The notes below the pieces were generated by a model. It was not told where the DNA came from. It worked only from the letters and a program-made list of their open reading frames with translations, and searched no databases. Shown here piece after piece: positions 31,940 through 41,965 of a DNA stretch of 64,000 bases. The stretch is from Nitrospiraceae bacterium (GTDB taxonomy: Bacteria > Nitrospirota > Nitrospiria > Nitrospirales > Nitrospiraceae): contig DASPUC010000034.1 in the NCBI GenBank assembly GCA_035623075.1, positions 3,095 through 67,094 of the forward strand, in the 5' to 3' direction. Position 1 is the first letter of the stretch; every line of letters begins with the position of its first letter. Position numbers and translations under genes: made by a program.

Positions 31940-33430
31940 ATGATAAACGGGCGACTGACTCGCTCGTTCCTTCCTTCATCTGAAGAGGACGTGGTGGCAC
32001 GCCTGACCGAAGGCCTCAGAAACAAAGTCCGGTCTCTCGTCAAACAGGACACCGGCCTCGACCAGATCGCCATCGACGACCTCGCGACTTCCAACAAACT
32101 CCAAGCCTGGGAAGCGGTTGATATCCCTGAACGCTTGCGCTTTTCCTCACGGCTCGCCATCAAGTTGGTCCTCCTTTTTATATTGATCATCGCCTTTGTT
32201 CCCTGGACCCAGACGATCACGGTGACAGGCCAACTGTCTGCTTACACCCCGTTCGAACGACCCCAGGACATCGAAGCGCAAATTACCGGACGGATAAAGA
32301 AGTGGCACATCTTCGAGGGCGTGCGGGTCAAGCAAGGCGATCTGATTCTGGAGATGGACGATTACGACCCCGACTTCATGTCCCCCGACTTGCTCTCGTT
32401 ACTCGAGCAGCGGCGGAAGGCTCTGGCTGATACTCGGAAGGCCGCCTTAGGTCGCGCCGAGCAACTCGACAAACGCATCAGCGAGATGCAGAACCTCGTA
32501 AAGGCCGCAGTGCCTTCGGCACAGGCTCGCGTCGTCGAGGCAGAAAACAGGGTTCGCGAAGCCAACCAGAAGGTAGAAGCGGCGAAAATTGCGGTCACGA
32601 CGGCAGAGTTGAACGTAGATCGCCACAAACAACTGGCTGAACAGGGGTTGGTTTCTCAGCGTGAACTCGAGTTGACGATCCAAGCGGCCATTGCGACTAA
32701 AGCAGACTTGACCGGAGCGCAGGCCAGTCTCAAAGCGGCGGAACAGAGCATGAAGGCGTTGAGTTTCGGTCGAGAGCAGGTCAGCGCCGAAGTGCTGCAA
32801 CGTTTGCTCGATGCGGAAGCTGCCCGCGACGCGTCGGTGGCTGAGGCGGCCAAGGCCGCCGATCAGTTGGCGGATGTGTCGTTACGGCTCTCCAACGCAG
32901 AGCAACGCCGTCTGGCCAGCCGCGTCTTGGCTCCGATCGACGGCACCGTCGTCCGCATGGCGCAGGCAGGCGCTGGAGAAACAGTCCGACAAGGAGATAA
33001 GATCGTTCGTATTTCACCGGCCAGCACCGATAAGGCCATTGAAATGATGGCCGACGGGTTGGACGCGCCATTGCTCAACGTTGGCCGAAAAGTCCGCATT
33101 CTCTTCTACGGGATTCCCGCCATTCCCCTTCCTGCATGGCCTGAGATTATGGCCGGTACCTTCGGAGGCGTGATCAAAGTCATCGACCAAGTTGACGACG
33201 GGAAGGGCAACTTCCGATTCTGGGTGGTCCCTGATCCGGACGATCGCCCGTGGCCTCCACAGGAGCACATTCGCCAAGGCACGAAGGCCATGGGATGGGT
33301 CATTCTGAATCGTGTCCCTCTCTGGTATGAGCTGTGGCGACGGTTCAATCTCTTTCCGCCTGATTATCAAGAACGGCCGCCGAGCTTAATCGACACCCTC
33401 CTGCCGAAAGCAGGACGGGGTGCGAAGTAA
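31940..33430 (+). CDS. HlyD-family periplasmic adaptor (type I secretion / ABC export)
   Basis: One N-terminal TM, a lipoyl-like hairpin (ITGRIKKWHIFEGVRVKQGDLILEMD), a long coiled coil, and VLAPIDGTVV. Confidence 0.82.
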   Translation: MINGRLTRSFLPSSEEDVVARLTEGLRNKVRSLVKQDTGLDQIAIDDLATSNKLQAWEAVDIPERLRFSSRLAIKLVLLFILIIAFVPWTQTITVTGQLSAYTPFERPQDIEAQITGRIKKWHIFEGVRVKQGDLILEMDDYDPDFMSPDLLSLLEQRRKALADTRKAALGRAEQLDKRISEMQNLVKAAVPSAQARVVEAENRVREANQKVEAAKIAVTTAELNVDRHKQLAEQGLVSQRELELTIQAAIATKADLTGAQASLKAAEQSMKALSFGREQVSAEVLQRLLDAEAARDASVAEAAKAADQLADVSLRLSNAEQRRLASRVLAPIDGTVVRMAQAGAGETVRQGDKIVRISPASTDKAIEMMADGLDAPLLNVGRKVRILFYGIPAIPLPAWPEIMAGTFGGVIKVIDQVDDGKGNFRFWVVPDPDDRPWPPQEHIRQGTKAMGWVILNRVPLWYELWRRFNLFPPDYQERPPSLIDTLLPKAGRGAK

Positions 33431-33552
33431 GCACGACCCGGCATCCGTCCTTTCATTTCTCATTTCCATCGTCGCCCGACAGTCATCGTGCTTGTGCCGA
33501 CCATAAGCTCGGACAGCATCGGCTTAGTCGCATCATGAAAGGAGCGCACACT

Positions 33553-35040
33553 ATGAATCTCTTTCAATGGTTTTCAGTCGTCGTGCTTGCAGGGACTCTT
33601 GGCCTCTGCCCCGTGTTGACATCTGCCGGGGAGACTACGAAATCAAAAGATCTCCCACCGATCCCGCTTAGCCTGGATGAGGTCCAAGCCTGGATCGATC
33701 GGTCCCACCCTCTTCTGAAGGGAGCGGGGACCGAGAAGGTCATGGCGCGGGGGAAAATGCTCAAGGCGTTGGGCGCCTTTGAGCCAACCGTGGTCAACGA
33801 CACGGAGGTCGAACGATTTATCTCGAGCTCGAACCCCAACGCAGGCACGCAGACGGTCGGCTTTAACGACACACTGGTCGAAGCCCGTCATCCGTGGGGA
33901 TTTAAGTACAGTGCCGGCGTCCGCGAAGTGATCAATGGTCCGGCCAAGATTCCAGACTTGTCGTTCAACAATAGCAACAATCAGGTGCTGCTCGGTGGAT
34001 CATTCCCCCTCTTGAAAGGCCTCTTGATGAACCCGGAGAACGCCGAACTACAGCGGTCCGAGTTGGCCGATCCACGCGCTGATGTGCGAGTCGCTCAGAC
34101 CAGGCAGGATCTGTTTCTGGCGGCGGCGATACAATTCTGGGACTGGGTCGCGAGCGTAAAACTTGCGGAAGTCCAGCGTAAGGCGCTGGGCGTCGCGGAG
34201 GAGCGCTACAGGCAAGTCGAGGGCCGAGCCAAGGCCGGCGCCGTGGCTCCGCTCGACGTTGTGGAAGCCAACCAAGAAGTCCAGCGACGAAGAGAAATAG
34301 CGATCGCCGCCCAACGAGGTGTCGAACAAGAACAGCTCAAGCTGTCGATGTTTCTGTGGGAGCGCAATGCTCCAGTGACGCCCCCCATAGAGCGAGCCCC
34401 TGAATTTCCCTCGCAAATGTTGATTCCCTCTCCGGACACGATTCAGGCTCATAAACTCCAGGCAAAGGCCGATCGTCCAGAAATCAAAGAGATCGATATT
34501 GAAGCCAAGCTCAACAATATTGATTTGGCGCTGGCGAAAAACAACCTCCTTCCCAGCCTTGATGCCGAGGCGGCACCCGCACGCGCCCCCGAGAAATTTG
34601 TCCTAGGTCTTGGGTACCGGTTTGGAGTCGAACTCAGAATTCCCATTCTGCAACGAAAGAGCCGTGGCGAAGTATTAGAAGCGCAAGGGAAGGCCGACCG
34701 GTTCGTTCTGGTGCAAAAATTCCGTGAACAACAGGTCGTGATCGACGTCGACAACGCTCTATCGGCGATCGAACGGGCCAAAGAACGGGTGGCGGCTGCA
34801 ACCGATTCATTACGATTGGCTAAGACACTGGAGGAAGGTGAGCGGTTCCGTTTCAGCCTGGGCGCCACCAGTGTCTTGTTCGTAAACCTGCGAGAACGCA
34901 ATTCCGTTGACTCTGAAAATCAAGTCATCCGAGCGAAAGCCGACTATCAGAAAGCCCAAGCTCTGTATCAATGGGCCATTGGCGCGTGGGCGAGGAACCT
35001 GCCGTCGGCCATCCCGGTCAGCTACCGCGCGCGCGACTGA
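33553..35040 (+). CDS. TolC-family outer membrane efflux protein
   Basis: Signal peptide and two OEP repeats with coiled-coil segments. AAAGGAG RBS 8 nt before the ATG at 33553; the ORF opens at 33535. Confidence 0.8.
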   Translation: MNLFQWFSVVVLAGTLGLCPVLTSAGETTKSKDLPPIPLSLDEVQAWIDRSHPLLKGAGTEKVMARGKMLKALGAFEPTVVNDTEVERFISSSNPNAGTQTVGFNDTLVEARHPWGFKYSAGVREVINGPAKIPDLSFNNSNNQVLLGGSFPLLKGLLMNPENAELQRSELADPRADVRVAQTRQDLFLAAAIQFWDWVASVKLAEVQRKALGVAEERYRQVEGRAKAGAVAPLDVVEANQEVQRRREIAIAAQRGVEQEQLKLSMFLWERNAPVTPPIERAPEFPSQMLIPSPDTIQAHKLQAKADRPEIKEIDIEAKLNNIDLALAKNNLLPSLDAEAAPARAPEKFVLGLGYRFGVELRIPILQRKSRGEVLEAQGKADRFVLVQKFREQQVVIDVDNALSAIERAKERVAAATDSLRLAKTLEEGERFRFSLGATSVLFVNLRERNSVDSENQVIRAKADYQKAQALYQWAIGAWARNLPSAIPVSYRARD

Positions 35041-35186
35041 GATGGAAGAAGTGGCTTTTTCCGCTGTGTTTTGATAGCGTTAGAGCGATCCCGCTCCTGG
35101 GGAAGCGGTCCGGCTTCTCCGTTCTGAAGCCGAGGACAACCGCGCAGGCCCGCAGAAGGCCGGCGCAAACAAAAAGGCGAACTTCC

Positions 35187-36848
35187 GTGCAGCGTCACGC
35201 GGGCAACCAGCCGAATCTCTTTCAGTCGGTCCTCGGCTACCTCGGCGTCCTTCTGCGCTTGGAACGGCGAGTTCTCACCCTCGTGGTGTCTTATTCGCTT
35301 GCCATCGGTTTGTTCTCCCTCATCGTCCCGTTGACCGTCCAGGAACTTGTCAACACCTTCGCCTTTGCTATTCAGCCCATCACGATCGTGACCCTTGCCG
35401 GTGTCATGGTGGCCGCTCTTTTATTCGTCGGAGCCTTCCGTACGTTGCAGTACTACGCAGTCGAAGTGTTGGAGCGGCGATTCTTTGCCCGCGTCGCGAT
35501 CGGCATGGCGAAACACTTACCGCACATGCAGTTTTTGGGGTTCAAGCCCCGCTATGCCAACTATTTCATGGAAACCGTGTTCATGCAGCGGGCTCTTTCG
35601 GTACTCCTGGTCGATCTCATCAACGTGATCGTCGGTGGCGCCGTCGGGATGACGATCTTGGTGTTCTATCATCCCTATTTCCTCCTCTATAACGCTCTAC
35701 TCCTAGCCGGTTTCAACGTCGTTTTCTTGCTGTCGCGCGGAGGACTCAGAGCCACCATCGACATGTCGCACGCCAAGTACGACACGCTGCATTGGATGCA
35801 GGAAATCTCTTACAACCTGCTTCATTTTAAGGCGACCGACAGTCAAGCCCTGCTGATGCAAAAGACCGACGACTTGGTAAACAAGTACGTCGAAACCCGT
35901 CGCACGAGATTCGGAATCCTGGTTCGCCAATATTTGGGATCGGTCGGCTGGCAAGCGTTCGCCCATAGCGGACTCATTGCGACCGCCGGATGGCTCTTGT
36001 CGATCGGTCAATTGACCTTGGGACAATTGGTCGCGGCCGAGGTTGTTGTCAGCGGACTCCTGGCAAGCTTCGACGAGGTCGTCAAGCGGATGGGGCACAT
36101 CTACTACTTTCTCACCGGATTAACCGAACTCGATTTTCTCTTGTCGCTCCCGAAGGATCAAGAGTCGGCTAGGCTCTCTGTGCCACTTCCGGACCCGACG
36201 ATTCACGGTATTCGCGTGACTTGCAAAGATCTGACAGTGGAACATCCCGACATGCCGCCGATCTTCCAGAACTTCGATCTCGAAGTAACCCCAGGAGAAA
36301 AAATCGGGATCTATGCGAGCACCACGGCGGCGAAGACAGGGCTCGCACGGGTTCTGGCAGGCTTGGAAAACCCAACCAGTGGTGTCATCCGGTACAACGG
36401 CGTTGATCTCCGCCATCTTGATCTCAATTCGATCAATCGGTGCCGGGGGTTCATGATCGACTCCCAACTCTCCTTGTTCGAGGGCACGATTGAGGATAAT
36501 ATCGTGTTGGGACGCTCCTATGTCCCCTACAATGATGTGCGGTGGGCCTTACACATCACCGAGCTTGAGGAGGACGTCGACGCGCTTCCCCAGGGGTTGA
36601 AGACTCATATTCGGGCTCCTGGTAGGATCCTCGCTCCGACGCATATCATGCGCATCCTCTTGTCACGGGCCATCCTGGCGCGGCCACAGATTCTCATTTT
36701 CGACGGAATCCTGCACAACCTGCATCCTGCCATGCGCGAAACGATTCTGCGTCGGCTCTGTTCCAAGGACGAACCCTGGTCCGTTATCTTCGTGTCGAAC
36801 GATCCGAATTTGACGCCTCACGTTGATCGCCGATTGATCCTCGAGTGA
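35187..36848 (+). CDS. ABC exporter homolog (6-TM domain plus nucleotide-binding domain) with degenerate ATPase motifs
   Basis: The TM domain resembles HlyB/PrtD-type exporters. In the NBD: Walker A reads GIYASTTAAKTG (expected GxxGxGKST), signature LAPTH (LSGGQ), Walker B ILIFDG (hhhhDE), H-loop position N. The ATG at 34971 would overlap tolC by 70 nt, so the in-frame GTG at 35187 is used; the start is uncertain. Confidence 0.75.
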   Translation: MQRHAGNQPNLFQSVLGYLGVLLRLERRVLTLVVSYSLAIGLFSLIVPLTVQELVNTFAFAIQPITIVTLAGVMVAALLFVGAFRTLQYYAVEVLERRFFARVAIGMAKHLPHMQFLGFKPRYANYFMETVFMQRALSVLLVDLINVIVGGAVGMTILVFYHPYFLLYNALLLAGFNVVFLLSRGGLRATIDMSHAKYDTLHWMQEISYNLLHFKATDSQALLMQKTDDLVNKYVETRRTRFGILVRQYLGSVGWQAFAHSGLIATAGWLLSIGQLTLGQLVAAEVVVSGLLASFDEVVKRMGHIYYFLTGLTELDFLLSLPKDQESARLSVPLPDPTIHGIRVTCKDLTVEHPDMPPIFQNFDLEVTPGEKIGIYASTTAAKTGLARVLAGLENPTSGVIRYNGVDLRHLDLNSINRCRGFMIDSQLSLFEGTIEDNIVLGRSYVPYNDVRWALHITELEEDVDALPQGLKTHIRAPGRILAPTHIMRILLSRAILARPQILIFDGILHNLHPAMRETILRRLCSKDEPWSVIFVSNDPNLTPHVDRRLILE

Positions 36849-36861
36849 GCGGAGGTTGCAC

Positions 36862-37656
36862 GTGGGCCTGTCTTCATACATTCGATCGTATCGGCCAAGC
36901 GGTGCACGGATCGTCATCAGCCTGCTAATCGCCGCTCTGGGCTGGCTCAGCGGTCAAGCCCTCAGTCAAGTCGATCAAGATATGCGGATCATGTATACGG
37001 AGTATACGCTGGGTGCGGCAGACTTGGCCCACATTTCGGCTGACGTGATCCGCTATCGCAACACCATCATCCGCGCCTTAGAGGCGGATAACAAGAAGGA
37101 CTTCGAGCGGATTACGGAATCCCTGCCTGTCCAGCGTGCGAAAATTCAGCATGCCGTCGACCGCTATGCAGCAGCAGGATTGCGCGTGTCCCGAAGCGGA
37201 CGAAGCGAGCCCGAAGATATTGAAGCGGTACGCAGGAGTTTGGATCAGTACTTCTCCGTTGCCAGCAGGACCATTGATCTTCTGACGCAAGTATGGAATG
37301 CCCCGTTGCAACCGGATCGCGAGGCACTGCGGCGTAAAGCCGAAGAACACGCCTCTGACAATGGCGGTCCAAAAATGATTCAAGTCAGCTTGGCATTGGA
37401 CCGACTGCTTGATACCGTAGCCGATGTCGCCAAAGATATGCGGGACGAAGGGACCAAGACGATTCAAAAGACGAGCGTTCTGGTCATCGGAGGAAGCTTC
37501 TTCATCGCCATGTTGAATCTCTTCCTTGCTGTGCCGCGGAGGCGGGATCGTGATCGAGATGATACGGAGGTCCACCCCATGATCGAACCTCGGGATGTTC
37601 AGGTATCACTCCCTATTGGCAACGACCGGCCCAATCCCGTCTTGCGAACGGAATGA
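36862..37656 (+). CDS. Membrane protein with a periplasmic four-helix-bundle (4HB_MCP-like) domain and no signalling output domain
   Basis: TM, ~190 aa helical region resembling MCP ligand-binding 4HB (MRIMYTEYTLGAADLAHISADVIRYRN..), second TM, short tail. GGAGG RBS 6 nt before the GTG at 36862. Confidence 0.6.
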   Translation: MGLSSYIRSYRPSGARIVISLLIAALGWLSGQALSQVDQDMRIMYTEYTLGAADLAHISADVIRYRNTIIRALEADNKKDFERITESLPVQRAKIQHAVDRYAAAGLRVSRSGRSEPEDIEAVRRSLDQYFSVASRTIDLLTQVWNAPLQPDREALRRKAEEHASDNGGPKMIQVSLALDRLLDTVADVAKDMRDEGTKTIQKTSVLVIGGSFFIAMLNLFLAVPRRRDRDRDDTEVHPMIEPRDVQVSLPIGNDRPNPVLRTE

Positions 37657-37685
37657 GTGATATCCCGACATATGACGGTTTGGCG

Positions 37686-38405
37686 TTACGTCGCGACTGC
37701 ATCACGTCCGACCTCCTCTAAGAGCTTCGTTCGTTCCTCATCGGTCAGGTTTCTCCAGCTGTTGGGAGCCAATCCCGTAATTTTTATATGCATGATCCGG
37801 ATACGGTGGAGTGTCAGCACGCGATAGCCGAGAGCGCGGCACATGCGTCGGATCTGTCGATTCCGACCCTCTGTGAGAATGATACGAAACCGAGCGGGAC
37901 CCAGACGTTCAACCTGACAAGGCTTCGTTGGACGACCTAAGATCACGACGCCCCGGACCATCCGATCAAGGAATGCCTGATCGAATGGACGGTCCACTGA
38001 CACCAGGTATTCGCGCTCATGACCAAACTCCGTTCGCAGTATCTTGTTGACGATATCGCCATCGTTCGTCAGGAGAATGAGCCCAGACGAGTCCTTGTCA
38101 AGACGGCCAATCGGAAAAATTCTCTCCTGATGGCCAATCACAGCGATGATGTTGCGGGGGACGTGAGATTCGCTCGTCGTCGTTACCCCGACCGGTTTGT
38201 GGTACTTGATGTAGATCGCCTTGTTCCCCCACGGAATGACCTGCCCATCGCGAGCAATGACATCGCCAACGGCAATTTGGTCGCCCAGTTTCGCAGGACG
38301 GCCATTAATAGTGACGCGTCCGCACTCGATGAGCCGGTCGGCTTCGCGACGAGAACAGATCCCGTGTTCAGTAAAGAATTTATTAATGCGGAGTGTTTCA
38401 GCCAC
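37686..38405 (-). CDS. Pseudouridine synthase, RsuA/RluF family, with S4 domain
   Basis: S4 domain (LRINKFFTEHGICSRREADRLI), catalytic GRLDKDSSGLILLTNDG, and the REY motif. Confidence 0.88.
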   Translation of the reverse strand: MAETLRINKFFTEHGICSRREADRLIECGRVTINGRPAKLGDQIAVGDVIARDGQVIPWGNKAIYIKYHKPVGVTTTSESHVPRNIIAVIGHQERIFPIGRLDKDSSGLILLTNDGDIVNKILRTEFGHEREYLVSVDRPFDQAFLDRMVRGVVILGRPTKPCQVERLGPARFRIILTEGRNRQIRRMCRALGYRVLTLHRIRIMHIKITGLAPNSWRNLTDEERTKLLEEVGRDAVAT

Positions 38406-38422
38406 AGGGAGGACAAGCCTGT

Positions 38423-39355
38423 TCAGTGGACTCGGCGGCCCGCTCGAATTCTCCCTAAGATCCGATAGATCAGCCTGGCGATAGAAAACTGCGGCGCAAC
38501 GAACCCTTCAATCGGGGCGATTTCACTGACGTCCATGCCGAGAATACCAGGGCCATTTGCCAAGGCAGTCATGAAGTTCAGCGTATCGTACCAGCCTAGG
38601 CCACCAGGTTCCGGAGTTCCCAGCGCCGGCACGAGCGAGGCGTCAAGTCCATCGCAATCAAACGTGAGATATACCGGTCCCCGACAAGCTTTGACGACGT
38701 CAGGAATCCATTTGGTCGCTCGTCCTTCGTACGGTCCCGATGGATCGAGCAGGTTCGCGGCAAAGAATGTCGAGATGCGATCGGTGCTCCTGATGCGTTC
38801 GATTTCTTCCGGGCAGATCGAACGAATGCCGACCTGCACCAGTGGTAAACCTTCGTCGACGACACGAGCCATCACACTGGCATGACTATAGGGGTTGCCT
38901 TGATACGCCTTCCTCAAGTCTCCGTGGGCGTCGATTTGCACCACACAGAGGTTGGGATACCGACGAGCATGTGCGCGGATAGCACCGAGCGCGCCGGTAT
39001 GTTCTCCGGTGAGAGTGACGAGAAACCGCCCGGCGCCGACATGCGGACGTACGAAGGCTTCAATGGCATCGACCGCAGGGCCGTCAATCTTTCCGTCAAG
39101 CTCCAACGTCGCCGCCGTCGCGATCCCGCCCCATTCACGATAGGGTTCACATTGAAGCTGTTCATCGTAAAACTCAACTTGGTGAGACGCTTCGATGATG
39201 GCTGATGGCCCTTGATCGGACCCGAGGATATAACTCGAGGTATGTTCGTACGGCGCCGGGAGCACATAGACACCGGCCCGATCGGGATGGCACCAGGGCT
39301 CTTCAAGACCTAAAAAATTGTGACGTGCACCGAGCCAGCCGGCAGGAAGGGTCAT
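38423..39355 (-). CDS. speB: Agmatinase (ureohydrolase family)
   Basis: Arginase-fold Mn ligands: GEHTG.., QIDAHGDL.., TFDCDGLD... Sits next to pdaD. Confidence 0.85.
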   Translation of the reverse strand: MTLPAGWLGARHNFLGLEEPWCHPDRAGVYVLPAPYEHTSSYILGSDQGPSAIIEASHQVEFYDEQLQCEPYREWGGIATAATLELDGKIDGPAVDAIEAFVRPHVGAGRFLVTLTGEHTGALGAIRAHARRYPNLCVVQIDAHGDLRKAYQGNPYSHASVMARVVDEGLPLVQVGIRSICPEEIERIRSTDRISTFFAANLLDPSGPYEGRATKWIPDVVKACRGPVYLTFDCDGLDASLVPALGTPEPGGLGWYDTLNFMTALANGPGILGMDVSEIAPIEGFVAPQFSIARLIYRILGRIRAGRRVH

Positions 39356-39436
39356 GGTCTGCTCTGTTGTGACCGCGACAGGACGCTAAGGGTGCAACGA
39401 TCTCGATTGTATAACCAGTCGTTGAACCCCGTGCGA

Positions 39437-40009
39437 CTAGCGACGACGAACCTTTTTGGGAAGATTTTCAAGAGGAATAAAGACCGCCAAGGCAACCACG
39501 GTGGTCCAACGATTAGGCTTCCCGATCGCGGATTGGGTAATGTTCAACGTACGGACGATTTTGCCGCCCATCTTGAAGACCTGTTCTCGCTCTTTCCAGG
39601 CGATGTTGGAATCGAATTCGATCCCCAACGTGGTCGCGAGCATTTGTGCAGCCAAATCCTCCGTATACTCCCCCGACTCTTCGTCGGTCTCTCCATAAGC
39701 GTGGTGCTCCGACAGATAGCCGTATGTGTGACGGTCTGTGGGAATCGCGAGGCCGATAGAAGCCGAAATCAATCGATTACGCTCGTTCGTCTCCGAGCGA
39801 GCCATGACACAATGTGTGATCTCGCCGGGGTTCAAGAGTTTTTCGCCTCGTTTGCGGGGGATGATCTTGCAGTTCGGAGGGAGGATCGAGGACACGCTGA
39901 CGAGGTTACAGTAGGCCACTCCGGCGCTACGCAACGCTTGCTCGAACGAGGCGAGCTTTTCGCGATGCACGCCCACGCCTCTACTCAGAAACATATGCGT
40001 CGGTACCAT
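39437..40009 (-). CDS. pdaD: Pyruvoyl-dependent arginine decarboxylase
   Basis: [15 protein letters not shown].. and the [11 protein letters not shown] self-cleavage region are typical of PdaD. Confidence 0.85.
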   Translation of the reverse strand: MVPTHMFLSRGVGVHREKLASFEQALRSAGVAYCNLVSVSSILPPNCKIIPRKRGEKLLNPGEITHCVMARSETNERNRLISASIGLAIPTDRHTYGYLSEHHAYGETDEESGEYTEDLAAQMLATTLGIEFDSNIAWKEREQVFKMGGKIVRTLNITQSAIGKPNRWTTVVALAVFIPLENLPKKVRRR

Positions 40010-40135
40010 AGTCCTCTTCTCCCTCTATACAGATTCACAGCGTGGGCGCTCGTTCCTCACCCAGAGCTTAAGCACAGGGTCGCTGTTGTACCAAGAATGG
40101 CGCCGCTTCGCAATATCCCCGCTCGTTTTTTTCGA

Positions 40136-41599
40136 TTAGGCTGTACCAGGCGACTTCAGATTCAGCACGAGTAGGCGAGGCTCGGTCATTTCCTCGATCG
40201 CTGCCCTGACCCCCTCTCGTCCACTCCCGGAATCCTTCACGCCACCGTAGGGCATATGATCTGCGCGGAAGGTCGGAATTTCATTGGCCAGCACCGCTCC
40301 GACCTCCAGATGCCGAAAGGCATGAAACACTTTATTGATATCCTGCGTGAAAACACCGGCCTGCAGCCCGTAGTCGGAATCATTCAACGCCGCGATCGCT
40401 TCGTCAAACTGTCGGTAAGACGTGAGCGTCACGACGGGACCGAAGACTTCCTGACAAGACACATTCATCGTCGGCGTGACATTAGAGAGCACCGTCGCTT
40501 CGACGACCGAGCCCATCCGCTTGCCGCCCAAAAGAACGCGAGCACCTTGCGAGACCGCCTCTCCGATCCAGCCTTCCACTCGAGCGGCTGTGGATGGGTT
40601 GATCAGGGGGCCGACGACTGTGCCCTCATCGTTGGGATCACCGGCCTTCAGACGCGCAACCTGGAGCAGCAGCTTTGTCGTAAAGAGGTCCGCGACAGAA
40701 TGGTGTACGAAGATTCGCTGGACGGAAATGCAGGTTTGGCCGGCATAGCCGAACCCCCCGGTTGCACAACGTTGTGCGGCAAGGTCCAAATCTGCATCCG
40801 CTTCGACGATGACGCCGGCATTTCCTCCCAGCTCCAAGACGACCTTCTTCTTTCCGCATTTTGCCTTCAACATCCACCCCACAGCAGCGCTGCCGGTAAA
40901 GCTTAACAGCCTGAAGCGAGGATCGATTACCAAGAGTTCAGCGATGGCGTTGTCGCACGGCACGACATTCAATCCGCCACGGGGTACACCTGCTTCCAAG
41001 GCAACTTCACCGAGCAGAAGCGCGGTCAAGGGTGTTTGCGGTGCAGGTTTGATCAGAATCGGATTTCCAGCCGCGAGTGCCGGTGCCACTTTATGCGCCA
41101 CGAGATTGAGGGGGAAGTTGAACGGAGTAATTCCGAGCACCGGTCCGATCGGAAATCGTCGGAGGATGCCAAGATGGCCATCGGTGCCGGGGGTCCAATC
41201 GAGCGGAATCACGTCGCCGGGAATACGCTTCGCCTCTTCCGCCGCAACGGTGAATGTTTGAATGGCACGGTTGACTTCCCGTCTGGCGTCCGTAACCGGT
41301 TTCCCCGCCTCGGCGATCATCAGACGGGCAAATTCTTCCCGCCGATCGTACAGTGCCCCGGCGATCTTTTGGAGGAGATGATAGCGAGCGTGAGAAGGAA
41401 GCGACGCCATGACCGACGTCGCATCGACGGTTGACTGAATCGCAGCCTCGGCATCCGCCCGGGTTGCTTGCGATACCTCGGCAATCACCTGACCCGTGAA
41501 CGGATTATTCACACGGACGACACTGTCGCCTTGTCGCCAGTGGCCGCCGATTAAGATTGGACGTGGTCCCTGCAACGGAGACGCTCCGCCAAGCACCAA
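40136..41599 (-). CDS. NAD(P)-dependent aldehyde dehydrogenase
   Basis: LELGGNAG (catalytic Glu), YAGQTCISVQR (catalytic Cys), and FTGSAAVG. Confidence 0.85.
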   Translation of the reverse strand: MVLGGASPLQGPRPILIGGHWRQGDSVVRVNNPFTGQVIAEVSQATRADAEAAIQSTVDATSVMASLPSHARYHLLQKIAGALYDRREEFARLMIAEAGKPVTDARREVNRAIQTFTVAAEEAKRIPGDVIPLDWTPGTDGHLGILRRFPIGPVLGITPFNFPLNLVAHKVAPALAAGNPILIKPAPQTPLTALLLGEVALEAGVPRGGLNVVPCDNAIAELLVIDPRFRLLSFTGSAAVGWMLKAKCGKKKVVLELGGNAGVIVEADADLDLAAQRCATGGFGYAGQTCISVQRIFVHHSVADLFTTKLLLQVARLKAGDPNDEGTVVGPLINPSTAARVEGWIGEAVSQGARVLLGGKRMGSVVEATVLSNVTPTMNVSCQEVFGPVVTLTSYRQFDEAIAALNDSDYGLQAGVFTQDINKVFHAFRHLEVGAVLANEIPTFRADHMPYGGVKDSGSGREGVRAAIEEMTEPRLLVLNLKSPGTA

Positions 41600-41602
41600 G
41601 AG

Positions 41603-41881
41603 TTAGTCCGCGGACTCAAGTGAAGACGCGGGAGTCGGTTCGGGAGTGGGAACCGCTGCTCGCTGCTCCTCGGAAGCAGCTCTCGCGATCAACTCTTCTG
41701 TTCCCCAATCACGAATCGCCTCGAGCGAAAAAGCCTCGTACGTCGAAACTCCGTGACATGTGGGACAATCCGGCATGGGGACCTTGCGATAGAAAACTTC
41801 GCCCAGGCAGGACATGCAGACCCAAAATGCAGCCTCCCCCTCTCCTTGGGGAACGGACCAGAACAATTGTGATGCTGACAT
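41603..41881 (-). CDS. Small zinc-ribbon protein (92 aa)
   Basis: CMSC..(15)..CPTCH four-Cys arrangement. Only a 3-nt gap to the downstream ALDH gene. Confidence 0.5.
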   Translation of the reverse strand: MSASQLFWSVPQGEGEAAFWVCMSCLGEVFYRKVPMPDCPTCHGVSTYEAFSLEAIRDWGTEELIARAASEEQRAAVPTPEPTPASSLESAD

Positions 41882-41965
41882 AATAAAGGTTCCTACGTGA
41901 TTGGGATCGTGTAATGTCTCGCCGTCGAATGGTCAGACGATCCGCTGACTGCCAGGCGGCGCTTC

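Noticed and set aside
34971-35186. ATG at 34971 as the start of the ABC gene.
   Set aside because: It would overlap tolC by 70 nt and encode an Arg/Pro-rich leader. The in-frame GTG at 35187 precedes the first TM helix. The start remains uncertain.
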